From Callorhinchus milii (Eukaryota): a DNA stretch of 64,000 bases. Under the pieces are notes generated by a model. That model had not been told where the DNA came from. It made no database searches and saw only the letters and a list, made by a program, of their open reading frames with translations. Positions 1 to 13,445 of this stretch are shown here, piece after piece (positions within the stretch are counted from its first letter, which is position 1; every line of letters starts with the position of its first letter). The stretch spans positions 3,906,001-3,970,000 of the forward strand of contig NW_024704761.1 of the NCBI RefSeq assembly GCF_018977255.1. The letters are read 5' to 3'. The position numbers were made by a program, and so were the translations under genes.

Positions 1-3000
1 CTCCTCCCAGAGATTCAAGCAAGAAGGGAAAGCCTGTACATAAGATTCAACACTCAACCCAAGAGAATGTTTACCTGCTGCCTATGAAATTTGATATTGT
101 CGCTGTGACAAGTAAACACAATGCTGTCTATTCACTCACAATCCGACTCAATAATAACTGAGTTTTTAAGCATAGAATACAGTTGATTTGGGTTCCTCTG
201 TTCGCGGGTTTCTATTCCAACGAAGGAGCTGTTGCCCTTTGGAAGGGACTCTGCTCTCATTGTAGGCCAAATGACCTCTTTAAGTCCAGTAGTTCCTGAT
301 GTATTTATTCTTCCAATTTGGCAGCAATCTAATTGGTTTTCAGCTGACTGGAATCAACTGTAGTTTGGCTGAGGACCAAGAGAGAGGTCAATCAATGCCC
401 TTTTCCTTGTCCATGTGATCGATACATTCCGAGCCCTTACATAAAAGTGATTTATTCAGAAGGCAGAGTGTTCAACTGATCTGAATAATGCAGTGTTATT
501 TTTCTTTTTCTTTTATTTCTTTAAAAAGAACACTGCATTATTCAGACAAGTTTGAACAACATTGATTGGCTTCTGTGAGAGAGAGGATGACGAGAAGACA
601 AAATATGTAATACACACCCACACACACGCAAACATAATCAGAGCACACATAAAAAAAATGCTAAACCTGACTGGTGACAAACTCATTGTGCTATTTGGGG
701 AATGCAGTTAATTGGAGCTGAGTAATCATGGTATTGAACGAACATCTCGCTCTGAGAGTCAGTGCAGGCTTGATGGGACAATTGCCTCCTTTTGTGCTGC
801 AAAAATTTCTATGGTCCCACAGCAGAATTCTACCAGGCAAGTAATTGCCTTTGTAAGCGGGAAATCTGCACCAGTGTGGTACAGGAGTTCAGAAAGTCCT
901 GTTACCTACCCCGCCCCCGCGCCCTCCCCAACCCACTATTTTTTTCTTACAATTAATTTTTATTTTTTGTTGCAGATGCGTCAAGTGTAATAATGTCTGA
1001 TTCCAGTAACTAGCTCCTCATTCCATCCATCCATCCATCCATCCATCTTACAAAAGATGACAACCGTGAAAATGAATTTTCCAAGTGACTACGAAGCTCG
1101 CTGAGATTGTTTGAAAGAGTAATGGCTTGTATTTCCTATAAGAAAATGTTAATTAAAGGTGCTTTTAAGCACACAAACAAGAAAAGACGTCAGAATCTGA
1201 GACAGTAGCGTACTTTAATAGGTTATTCACCACCAGGCAGTTGGGAATTTTTACTGTCAACTACACGGTATCATTTTACAGCATAGAAATACGTATCGCA
1301 ACATGCTTTTCTTAGGATTGCTGAAATTCAAATACAATCTTTAAAAAAAAACAGTCGGAATTATAAGAGGAATCACCCAAATGCATGTGTCGCCATTGTA
1401 ATCTCACCACGAGGCTAGTTTTGTACTGTGAATAAAACACGAGTGGAACAGTATCAGGCAATCACTCCAGAAATTGAGGTCGTTCAAAGTTTCAGTCGAA
1501 AATGCTTACGGATTAAGAGCTATTACCATCGTCTCTGTAAGCAGACTATTTTTGGTAATGACATAAATAGGGGTGTGTTACATCTGTGTTACAAATGATG
1601 CTGTAATACAAAAATGCTGCTGTTATTACCGAGTCATTTTCTTAAGAATGCTTCACCATGAAAGACTTTTTTGGGTCGAAATTCCTGTGTCGGCAGAATG
1701 CATAGAGTTTCGTTCACAAAATATACATTCAATTCACTTTACAGTATATTCTGTGACGCTATGTCAAATGCAAGGATTATTATTATATTGTAGCGCCTTC
1801 GACGCGATTATAACAGCCGCCAAAGGTGCTGCGCATAATACCGACCGGGAATTTCTACCGCTTTTGGAGGATTTGCCACACTTGGATTTCTTAATTAAGG
1901 AATCCTGCAAAATTCCTCTCTCCCAGAAACAACGCTCTGGGTGTGCGATTGGAATGTGAATCAGCTTCACAGTGCTGTAAACGGGCAGAAACTGTGCCTC
2001 TCTCACTAGCGTAGCTGGTGAAGTGCTTAACCACATGTACAGAATATAAAAGGTAACGTTAGTGCACCTACGGGAGTCCAACGTGCGATATTTGCAAAAG
2101 GATTTGTGAATAGCTGATGGCGCGGGCACCCAGATTTCTCTCTCTGGAATCTCGCGCTGACACCAATCTGGGATTGTGGCCAAATTAGGCTCCTGTACCT
2201 TCAGGAACTCCAGATCTGCTATTCACAAACTCTCCCAAATATCACAAACTAAACCGTAGTATTGGTTAGAAAAAAGGGTTACACCGCAGACGTGAGACAC
2301 GCTTACCAAAGCCATGTTCCCATTTACAGTTTATCAGAATTAAGTTGAATAAAGAATGACGGGTGGGGTGGGGGCGGGTGGGTGAGGGGGGGGGGTGAAG
2401 AGAGTTTGTGTTTTGATAGATCTAAAGGAGATTGAGTCAGCAAAGTGGAACCTAGTCACCTCTGTGATGTTCGCACCTCTGTGATGCTCATGCAAAGAAG
2501 ATGGAGAATGGGAATTGCCGCGATAGAGAATCTTTCACGCCAGGACATCCTACCGGTGTGAAAGGCGCTAGACAAAAAAAAAGAATAAGGTTGATCATGT
2601 GAGTTGGGTGAACCGTTTGCAAAATGCGTGCGTGTAATGGGGACCCGTTTACAAAATTGACAACCAATGAATCTGTAGAGCTTTCTATTCCATACTTATG
2701 GCACCTGTGCCTCTCTCTATCCACGTGGACTCACAGAACCTGTGTAAAACGCAAACGTTTCCACGTTTCTTGTGTAATAAGCATGCAATTTGCACGACTC
2801 AATGGCCGTCTCCAAATCATCTGCACGGGTAAACCCACTGAGCTGGAGTGAAGACGTCTCAAAATAAAAATGGTCCTTTTAGTCCAAAAGTGTCTCTTTT
2901 GCTGCGAGCCAAAAGCGGGGGATGGAATAAGCTCTGGTATTGTGACTTTTCCCAAATAAATCGAGGTTTAGGGAGTTAGGGATGCAAGTTATTTTTGACG

Positions 3001-3403
3001 GGCAACCGCAACTAGCGGTAAGGGGCTGGACGCTACTTAACTGGTAGTTGGGTCCGGTAGACACACCGGGGTGAGGGTTACGGGGTTTCTATCGCGATTC
3101 TTGTGCTAATCAACGCAACGAACGTGTTGTTCACTTGGGGTGAAGGCTCAGTAGTTCAGGATCAACGTTACACACATACAGATTGGTTAATAGTTTTTTT
3201 TCATATAATGGGAGTCAAGACCAGGAGGCGGGGGCCTGTATATATTTCGGGAAGTGGGGGGGGGGCGGGGGAGAGATGGGGAGGTGACTTGAAGGAGGCA
3301 TTTCAGTAGGACGAGTTTAAACTGCCTTCACAACATACATTGGGCATGGACTGACTAGGGTGGGTGCAGGCAATACCTGCAGCAGGTTGGGGGGGAAACA
3401 GTA

Positions 3404-6400
3404 TCACTTCCTCACTTTGATCAGCGGCTGGTAAATTGGCTTGACGATGACATGCAGGTGCAAGGAGTTGTCGATCAGGTAATCCGAGGTGCGTTTCTGG
3501 AGGTCGGCCCGCAGCAGGAAGTCCCCCGTCTCCTCCGTGCTTTGGTGGAAGTCGTAGATGTGCTTGACGTACGTCCTGCCGTCCTGCCTCGCCCTCACAA
3601 GCACCGTCTTCTGAAAGCTGACCCCGGCGAAGTCCGCACTGTTGGTGGCCGGAGTGACGATGATCCTGGGCCGGACGTCCTCGGGTTTCAGGGCCTGGAT
3701 TGCCCCGTGGTCGGCGTAGGAGGACCTCAGGCTGATGGGCAGCCACCTTGGGGAGAAGAGGACGTTCCAGGTGACCTTTTTGCTCGTGTCGTAATTGCTG
3801 GGCCCCAGTTGGGTTTGGAAGTTACTGCTGCGGTCGTCCCGGGCAGGGTTGTTGATCACCCACTGGGAGCCCCAGGACCCCGAGAGGTAGTTCCTCGGCA
3901 CGAACAGGCTGCAGTTGACGTCGAAGTACTTGGCGAACTGCAGCGGCGTGGTGGAGTGGAACTGGAACGCCAGGAAGAAGAGATCCTGCACCGAGACGTA
4001 ATGCTCGCTCATGAGGGGCGACTCCTTCTGGATGTGGAAGAGGTGCTGGGGGGCGATCATGGCGTAGCGGATGGACCTCAGCACGCTGTCCGACACCGCC
4101 GTCTCGGGCCGGTTCCTGGCCAGCCACTCCTCCACGGCCGAGTAAATCTCCAGCTCGTTCTCCACCACCAGGTCAGAGCGCTGGAGCAAGGACAGCAGCA
4201 GGTCTTGGCTGATGGATTGCCACTCTCCGCTGTGCACCAAGGGCGACAGGTTCCAAGCCAGGAACCTCTTGCACCTCTCCTGGAGCTCCTGGTTGCCCGC
4301 CCTGAACGCGTAGTGATACCAGCCCACCACATGCCCTTGGGGCAAGTCGCTGGCCAAGTGCTGGCTCATGTAATCCATGATACCATGCTCCAGGGCAGTC
4401 ACATGGTACTTGGTGGCCAGCTTGTGTAGGGGCACGGCCTGATCCAACATGATGGTGATCTCGCCGCAGTACAGATACCTGGAGACGAGTAAAATATTCC
4501 CTTTGAGTTGTTAAGACTTTGGAACTCCTTGGCTCTATCCCTCCGCCTGGCCCCCGCACCACCCACCCCCGGCCATCTTCAAATCCCACCTTAAAGCCCA
4601 CCTCTTCGGCCTATGCCTAAACATTCACCGACCACCGAAATCTCTCTCCGGAATTTCCATGTGGAGGTGGGATGCATGGAATTCTCAGTTTGGTTAACTC
4701 TTAAAGCACGGTGATGGGTTCCAGCATGTGTCAGACACCCACCCGGCTGACCACCTCCCCAACGCCCCCCCCCCCTCCCACCAGTGAAGTTGTTGCGAGA
4801 AGGGGGAGTAGGATTGGAGCGGACAGAGTGTGGAGGGGAAGGGGGAGCGGAACTTTAGGTAACAGGAATTTCAATTTACCTGATGAACTTCTCGAAGAGG
4901 GCAGCGCATTCCGCCGTCTCCCGCAACACGAGGGTGGCCACGCTCTGATTGTGTAGCAGGTTCTCGAAGACCTCACTCTGGAGGGTGAGGAGCAGGTAGT
5001 GGGTGTGGAAGACCTTCACCTCGTCCGAGTGAACTGTGTGGACTTTGAGGGTGATATCGCTGGTGTTGGAGTCACGCAGCAGGTCCTGGAGGTGGTCGAT
5101 CAGGGTGGCCGAGTGTTTTATGGTCCAAAGAGAACCCTCGCCATTTAACTCCAGCTTCTGGGCTGTGTGGGAAAAGAAGAAAACGCAACAACCTACAGTC
5201 ACTACACTTTACAGTATATTCTGTGAAGCGCTTTGAGACGTCTCGAAGATGCGATAAGGCGCTGCATCAAATGCAAGGATTATTATTGTTATTATAATGC
5301 AAATGGTCTTTTTTTAAAAAAAAAATAGATATAAAACCATTCAATTTTCACTTTCCAAATGCAACAACAACACAAAAAAAACACAACCAACGAGGGGGAA
5401 GGGAAGGAGAGGACAGGGGGGGTGGGTTAGGGAGATCGTTAAGAAAGTATATTCGGAGTCTAAAATCTTACAACTGTTACTTCCTTTACACACACAAATA
5501 AGATACACAAAATTGGATCGATATAACCAGCGTGAAGCAAAAAAATCTTAATATCCTAACAGGAATCTATCTCATTTGCAGAAAGATGTCTTGTACTAAC
5601 CAGACCAGCAAGGAATTAAAACTACGCCACTTTTGTTGTTGAGCTGTCGCACACTTTAATGAACTTTAAAACGCTTACGCTGTAAGACTCCAGGTGGCAA
5701 AAAAGGAACCGGTGCAAACGGATATTATTGCCAAATCTAACGAAGTGTTGAAAATAATTTATGGCACAAGTCAAGAAACATTTCTATCAATATAATAAAC
5801 CGAGATTATTTAACACTGCCGTGCGCAATTGGCTGCCACGTTTCGCCCGCAAAATACGCAGTCACTACACCTTACAGGATATTCTGTGAAGCGCTTTGAG
5901 GCTCCTCAACGACGTGACAAGGCGCTGTGTCAAACGCAAGGATTATTGCTATTTATAAATCAAGATTTTAGATGCTCCAGATTCATTCTGTCAGGGATTA
6001 AAACGCAAGGATTATTTGAAGGATTATTCGACGTTCAAACACATCTGTCAGATGCTGGGAGTGCAAACTACTGCTCCCTCGTCTGGCAGTAGGGAGAAGG
6101 TGCCTCAGTCATGAACGATGACAAAGAAAATATCAATTCCATTGGCGCGAGTGTTACGCGAATGTTTTTGTGGAGAGCAGGATTATTAAACTTCAGTGAT
6201 CTGAACTGCAGATCTCTATTTACTCTTCGCCGTTGGAGTCAACAAGCGTAAACCCCTTTGCTAATCAGTAACTCAGCCAGCCTTCAAATGCGTCCTGCCT
6301 GCCTGGTCGGGTGGACTTCAAAGGTACCATGACGCTACTTGAAAAAAGCAAATGGAGCTTCTCTCTCTTCGGGCCAACAGATAAAATCGGTCATTCACGT

Positions 6401-9400
6401 CACCCCTGTTTTGAGGGGATATTAAATCCTGTGAAGCGTTTTGAGACGTCCTTCCTGCGCGAAAAGCGCTAAATCAAAGGATTTAGCGAGGATTATTATT
6501 ATTATTATTATTATTACCATTATCATGGGTTACTGTCACAACCGGTAGCTGTACTGGATGAAATTAAGATATGTTAAGCTCTTGGATGATAACGAAATTC
6601 ATTTTTAAGAGCTGTGGTTCTGTGCTAAGAGCTTCGGGTCGACAACGACGACATCAAATGACATTTGTATAGTGCCTTTCGCGTCGGGAGGACATCCCTA
6701 AAGTGAAGGGCAGCAACATGGCACAGCATATGTTCGAGCTTACAGTGGTCCTTTCATTGGGAACTTGGTTCAGCTCCAGGCCTGAGCTCCAGCTAAGCTC
6801 AATGGCTCTGGAGGGGATTCAGTGAAAGGCATTTGGGAGGATGTTAATCAGTTTCCACCAGACATAACTTAACCCCAAATTGACTTGAAGTCAGCAATAG
6901 CTGTGAAATCCCAACCACCCCAACTTTCACTGGCACCGATCCTCCAGATGAGTTGGTCACTTCACCTCACGGCCTCACGTGGAACCTGGTGAGCCCCGGC
7001 CCGCTGGCTACCAAGTTTGCCTACAGAAAAATACTCACTACATAGATTCATACAGCACTGTACCGCACTGCAACAAGCCATTCGCTCTTTATACTCCACG
7101 AGTCTTCACCCACTCGCAAACATGTTGCCACGTTACATGCCATATGGGGATTCCATTGCCAGACATGTCACCCTGGAGTCAATTCAGCCCCGAAGAGACC
7201 AGACATAGTAATTATCCACACATTTGGAGGGAGGGAGCTATTCAGCCATTGTGTTGCTGCTGTTGCTCTTTTTCTAAATCACTCATTAAAAAAAATTAAT
7301 TCCACTTTCCAGCTCTGTCCCTACATGTTTTGCCCCCGTAATGTTTTTTTCTCTCTCTCTCACTGCTCACGTGCCTGTGTCCATTTCCTTAAGGAACGAT
7401 CCCATTGTTCCAGCCTCACTCAACAACAATTGCCACCTTTGGCTCAGCCTCAGAGTTTACGCTGCTCCTAAAATGAACATTGATGATACCTCAACTGAAA
7501 ACTGGTTGAAAGGGAACATCTTAAGCGTTTGAAGCAGTCACGAGATTGGTTCCGATGAAGAAGACCCTTTGACCCATTTGGTCTCATCCCCCCATGCAAA
7601 GCCACCTTATCAAACTGTTCTTTAAGTGAATTCCAGTGTCCTGGCCTCAACCACCTGACCAGGTTACTTGTTACCAGTCGTTAGTCCTCCCGGGCAAAGA
7701 AACACTTCCCGGGGTCTATTCTCAATTGCCCTTTGCAACCATAAACCTGCGTCCTCTTGTTCTACCATCTCGGTGCATCCTAACATATTGTTCAACAACG
7801 ACAACTTTCATTTATGTAGCGCCCCTCGCGCAAGATACATTATACAAACTTACCTTTGGCATTTCTATCCAGAGGTCCACTCCCCTTCAACCTGTTATTC
7901 TCTCTCCTCCCCCCCCCCACCCCACCCCAGACACACACCATTTCCAATCTGATAACCGCGATATAATAACTATTAAACTGACCAACCGTTGTGGTCATAT
8001 ACAACTCAGTGAATATATGTCCTGCATTCCTAGGTGCAACCATTTTAAGGGGTGGGGGGGAAAAAAACACAAAACAAAAGGATTGTAACAATTATTTTAT
8101 TCAGAAACTACAGCTAGTGTATAAGGTTGAACAAGATGGGTCTACATGTGGCAGGCTTGACTACCTCTGGCTTTGACAGTTTGGAAGCTCTGACCTGAGA
8201 GGTTTTGACAGAGCCCAGTGATACATGCAAGAAGCTTCTCTGCTGCCAGCGATATCTACTAACGAGACGTGGGAGGTCAGGCTATCTATCCGACTGCAAG
8301 GTTTACCATGTGTCAGCCTGGCAAAGCGGAGAGTGTTCTGACTTAGAGCACTTTCCACTCTGAGTCAGAAGGTTCTGGGTTCACATTGGGACTTGGAATC
8401 ACACAGTCTAAGCTGACATTCCAATGCAGCGCTGGGGGGGTGGGGGGTGGTTGCATTGTCGGAGGTGCCATCCTTCGGATGAGATGTTAACCGAGGTCTC
8501 ATCTGATTGTTCAGGTGGATGCGAAAGATTCCGTGGCGCAAATTGAAAAGAGAGTTTCTCTCCCGGTTTCCTGGCCAACAATCCCCCAAATAAAATTTGG
8601 TGACTCACTTTGTGGCTGTTTGTGGGACATTGCTGTGTACAAACTGGGTGCTGGGTTTCGCCCACAAAATATACAACCAAACCACTTTTACAGTGTATCC
8701 TGAGACTTCTCAAGGACACGATAAGGCGCTGTGTCAAATGCAAGGATTATTATCGTTATTACTATCCTGTTGACTAAGGGCTTCTGCATCCCCTTTAGTC
8801 ATCCCTATTTTGCGACGTTCCAGGGACTAGCCGAGGGATGGGATTTGCTGCCTGCCACCTTACACTTTGCTGATGTCAGGAAACAGGCTTCCGTCCGGGT
8901 AACAATTACTGGAAGCATTACCCTGGTCTTCATCCTCTCCCGCTCCCGTGTTCCTGTCCGCAGTCACTGGGGCCCATTTTGTCGTGTCTTCCCGTGTAGT
9001 CAGAAGACCTGAGTTGTCTGACTGAGTGAGAACCTTCGCATGGGTGTCTGGGCTGAATCTTCCTAGTGACTTGCTGAGACCTAGGGGAAACATAAAGGAG
9101 ACTGCAGAAGATGGACCGAGGGCAATACTTCCAAAAAGACTTACAAAAAAGAACGTGGCTTGATCTGAGGACAGAACGTTACAGCTGTAAAACCCAAAGT
9201 ACCTTTTAAGCCACTGCCCCCTGGCTACCTTATGTTGTAAGTGGGTGGAGCTTGCTTGGATGACTTGAATTAAAGTTTTTTTTTGTAGATTTCCATGAAT
9301 TTGGTCGGGCTATCAGCAAAGATAATGCACTCTTGTATGGCTCAGGCCCATCCCGCTGGGCAAATGTGTGAAGCTGAAGGTAGCGTCCAATAATAAAACC

Positions 9401-11921
9401 AGACTTACCCTTGTAAGATTTCTCTCTGAAGGCCTTAGTTCTAATTGAAAAGTGGCCTCTGCAGTGGACAGAGCTCCTGGTTTCCATGTGAGATCCTCAT
9501 CAGTGGATTAGCCCCGATTATGCACCTGACATCATCAATGACACCCATCCAACGCTCCTTCCTCCCGATCCATCTGATACCTCACGGGCGACATTTTTCG
9601 TCTGGGTAGTCTTCTCCCAAAATCAAGCCTGGGCGATGTTGAGTTTGGGTGGACGCTTCTCCTTAACCTTCTCATCTCGACCGTTTCCTTGTTCCTCAAT
9701 GAACTCCACTTCCTTGTCCAGCACATTACACGAGCTGACCTCATCAACTTGTCCCCAAAACAGCTCCCCCCCCTCCCCTCCTGCTCCTCTACCTTAGCTC
9801 TCCATACCTTTGCTGCATCTCTGGGGCCTGTTTTTGCCCTAACCACATTGATCCATCTCTCTGAGGTAGATTCAGGTAAATAAACAGAACCTCTCCTCAG
9901 CAACACAAAGTATGAAATACGGGAGCAAAACCCACGGATGCATCCCTGGCAATTAACAGGATGTGAACTCTGCAATAATTCCCAGATTGGAGATGCTCAC
10001 CTGCTCCTATGGACCTCTATAGGCGACCATGACGGCAATTGACTCTCCTCCCCCATTTTAATAGGCATGGCCTTCACCAACTTTGATGTAATCTTCGTCG
10101 GAGAGTCATCGAGCAGCATAACGACTGAATGGATGAGGCACCAGAACATTTCCTATTCTTTAGACCCGACTAGTGATGCCCTCAAACTCCTAGCACCGGA
10201 GGCTGATGTGGGATACTGATGCTTCACTGTTACCCTAGATCAGAAACCAAACTTTGGCCAACAGGGACCAGGACTTCAGACGTCCCTCCAAATGGCCAAC
10301 TGTCCTGCTCCATCGCGGAAACAGTGCTTTGATCTCAGATCCCTCCCCGGTGCTTACAGACATAGGAGCAGGAGCCCAGTCAGCCATTCTATTAGATCAC
10401 GGCCGATCTGTACCTCAACTCCATTTAACCGCCTTTGCTCTCCATCCCTTGATGTCCTTACGTGAGCAATTTATTTTTTGCGATCGAAGCTTCAAAAATT
10501 CCACAACCAGGAAAGGACCAGGAACGATGTTACCTGTTATTGGATGCGTCTCCTGTCGCCGTTCCATTCCCACCTCCCTCTAACTCACCCCACACTCCCC
10601 CACCACCCCACCCCCCCCACTCCCCCCCAGACACTCCCCTTCAGCAGAGGTGATCGCGAAAGTAAAAGGGTTGGTTGGCAACGGCGAAAGGTCACATTAC
10701 CGAGAGCGCCAGGAGGTAACAGTGAAAAGTGCCGGAAAGCTTGAAATTCGGTTTGGCACTGGCACCTCAGTCGCCCACCCCCTCCCCACACCCACCCCCC
10801 ACACCCCGCACCCCCCACACTCCCCCACCCCCTTCCCCTTCTGCGCACCATTAAAGCAGCATAAGCAGATCTCTCTTTCATCACAGTGTAACAAACCCAG
10901 AATATTCAACGAATATCACCAGTGGAAGCTGAGAGTGTTGCAAACTTCACTGTCGGAGCTGCCAAAAGCGAATAAAGAACCATTTAGACAGTGGGGTGCA
11001 TCGTTCTTTTAACTTGCCCCAGTGCCCAGCTCGCTGACAAGGGAGGGTTAGCAGCTGTGAGTGGATTAAATGCACCAGAGCATCAATTATGTAGACTGAT
11101 ACAGTCTTTGAATTAATACGGTGCTAATACTAAATTATTAACACATTTTTACGAATGAATGATTCACCCACAAAATATAGAGTCTCTACGCTTTACAGTG
11201 TATCCTGTGAACCGCTTCAAGACGTCTCGAAGACGTGATAAGGTGCTATATCAAACGCAAGTATTATTATTATTACATATATAATGATTATTAATTAATA
11301 ATTCCCATTAATGCTGAAAGAGCTGCTAAACCTGTACTGAGTGAGTAAGACAGCGTCGCATCGCTTTAAAACCTCAGCTTCGCAAAACTTTCCCCAGTTA
11401 ATCATCGTAATTAGAGTGCAGAAGCTTTATGTCTCAAATATGTCGAAAATAGACAATAGACAGGCAGCTAAATGCACAAAATAAGCTAACATAAAACCCC
11501 ATCACTTCCAGTGTTTGAACCCATGCGAAGTTTTGCACTTGCAAAAACATGTAACATTTTTCGATGGGGCGGAGGTGGGTGGGGAGGGGGATAAGGAGAG
11601 AGGGGGTTGGGGGGGGGGGGGCGGTGGTGGGGGCAAAGAGGCAACATAGTCAAGCAAGCTAGAGGTTCTCAATTCATATTCCATTCCTTTAACGTATCAC
11701 GTGGAATCTTTTTCCATTGACAAAGCAGGGCAGTGTTTTTTCGTACACACGACTCCCTCTTCCCTGTACCAAAGGGAACAAAAACAGAATTGCCGCGTGG
11801 AGGGAAGGGGAGAGGAGGTGAGGGGGAGTGGGGGGGATCGCAAAGACAACAGATTGCTCCTACCTCCTTCGGCCACAGCGCTCTGCAAAGCCAAGGTAGC
11901 GAAGAGAATCAAACTCTTCAT
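3404..11921 (-). CDS. BTBD17: BTB/POZ-BACK domain protein 17; 3 coding exons: 11921-11864, 5162-4880, 4478-3404 (471 aa)
   Basis: Signal-peptide exon [19 protein letters not shown]|gtagga, BTB exon (AQKLEL...SDITLKV...FEKFIR) and BACK/C-terminal exon (YLYCGEI...[11 protein letters not shown]...SFQKTVLV...[10 protein letters not shown]). GT-AG junctions are phase-consistent (58+283+1075 nt). Closely resembles vertebrate BTBD17 and matches human synteny with GPR142/GPRC5C. Confidence 0.95.
5183..5297 (+). mobile_element. SINE 3' fragment in BTBD17 intron 1
   Basis: cagtcactacactttacagtatattctgtgaagcgctttgagacgtctcgaaga...caaatgcaaggattatt matches the shared 3' module. Confidence 0.8.
7640..7775 (-). 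mobile_element. CR1 LINE ORF2 3' remnant
   Basis: The minus strand reads degenerate RTRG...KG...FF.....WN, typical of CR1 ORF2 C-termini. Confidence 0.5.
8335..8764 (+). mobile_element. Near full-length Deu-domain SINE with (ATT)n tail
   Basis: tRNA-like head remnant, Deu-type core (ttcggatgagatgttaaccgaggtc...gttcaggtgga...gctgtttgtgggacattgctgtg) and 3' tail aaggcgct..tcaaatgcaaggattattat. Many further copies occur in the window. Confidence 0.75.
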
Positions 11922-13387
11922 TTTCCTCTGGATTTCTCACCGCAGAAGGGTTTGGCGTCCGGCGATGGCTACAAACTCACTCGGAGTAGGATGTGGATCG
12001 ACGGATCTTTATTTAGGGCAACGCTCTTTTGTCAGCTACTCCTCCCGGGCAAAAGACTTTTTCTTATTGGTAGATGCTGTCACTCGCCGCCATGGTAACT
12101 TGGTCAAATCCCTGGTCCTCTTCACTGCCATCCAGTGATGCGTGAGAACCTGCACAAAGGACGGAGGAAAATAATACAGATACACTCAAACACACACACC
12201 ACACACACTACACACTCACACAACGCTCAGGCTGAAACGTGAGTGAATTCAGAAACCCCAGAGGCACACAGAGATGAGCCTTTCTCTCTCTCTCTCTCTC
12301 TCTCTGTTTCCCCCACCCCATCCCCTCCTCTCCTCCTTTCAACCGTGGCGGAGAGGAAAGAAACTCGAAGCCGGTTCTTTCTTTCGCCGGTCGAGAGATA
12401 AAAGAAAAGATTAAATGTCGATGGACGCTTCATTTTTAAGTATTAATTCAGTTGAAAGAGACAACGCCTTCTCTGCGACGAGGGTTCACACAGCAAGAGC
12501 AACTTGCATTTAAATAGCGGGATAGCGTCTCGGAGCGCTTTACGGTCGGGTAGTACGTGGGGAGAGGTGTCAGCTCCGCGCTCTGACCTCTGAGCCGGCT
12601 AATCGATGTTAGATCAGGTTTGCAACACAAATGGGTCTGGGCTGACACTGTGACATGTGCGAAGGGTTTATTGAATAGCCGTCTGTTCTGAACTAATTAA
12701 ATTTGGCAGCATTTCACCACTGGCTGCGAGAGCTGGATAATTCAGTTACTCAAAGCCCTGCCAGCCAGCCAGCCAGCCGTGGGTATTATTCCACACGGTC
12801 ACAAAAGAATTAAAGGGTGAGGTGGGGTTGGGCAGGTGGGGGGAAGGAGAGGAGAGGGGATAAATTCTCAACGTGGAGTTTGACGAGAACGTGGAATCCT
12901 CGGCCACAAATCGCGCGGGAGGACGAGTCAGTCCGTCGACCCTTTGAATAAGGGAAATCGGTCAGACCCCCTTCTCCAAGAGAAGGAAGATCGCAACGAC
13001 AATAATCCTTGCATTTGGTGCAGCGCCTCACCACGTCGGAAAGACGTCTCAAAGCGCCTCGCGGGATTTTCACTGTGAAATGGAGCGACTGGGCATTTGT
13101 AGGCAAACGCGGCAAAAGAAGTCACCCTCTTCCCCCCCCCCCCGCTCCATCCTCGCCACTTTGTCCTGAAACATTAGTTCGGCTTCTTTGAACAAAAGCG
13201 TGGAGCTCGGGTGACAATGTGAGCAGCACAGACGGCCGGACAGTGGGGGTTAGAGCAGGGCTCCCAGACCCCTGGGGGCCACACTCCTCTCTCGATTGGA
13301 ACAAATTGCGCAATTGAATCATCCCGACTCCCCGCTGACAACCTCTGCTCTATCCTGGGGTCGAACGAAAGGCTGATGTGCAGTTAC

Positions 13388-13445
13388 CTTCCTGGCTCTC
13401 AGCAGCAGTTGGCAAATCACTCTCTAATTTGAAGTGTTGAAGAGA
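13388..13445 (-). other. Candidate non-coding first exon of BTBD17, spliced to an acceptor at 12149
   Basis: Minus-strand donor GAAG|gtaact near 13387 and acceptor ctttgtgcag|G at 12150/12149 upstream of the ATG. Inferred from splice motifs only; the 5' boundary is a guess. Confidence 0.35.

Noticed and set aside
1-175. Possible last coding exon of KIF19 (expected here by human synteny)
   Set aside because: Short open frames exist but no recognisable similarity; cannot be supported from this window.
3452-4429. 325-aa plus-strand ORF
   Set aside because: Antisense shadow of GC3-rich BTBD17 exon 3; no independent signals.
9465-9506. Minus-strand CTGATGA...GAAAC...GTC
   Set aside because: Helices I and II do not pair; chance match.
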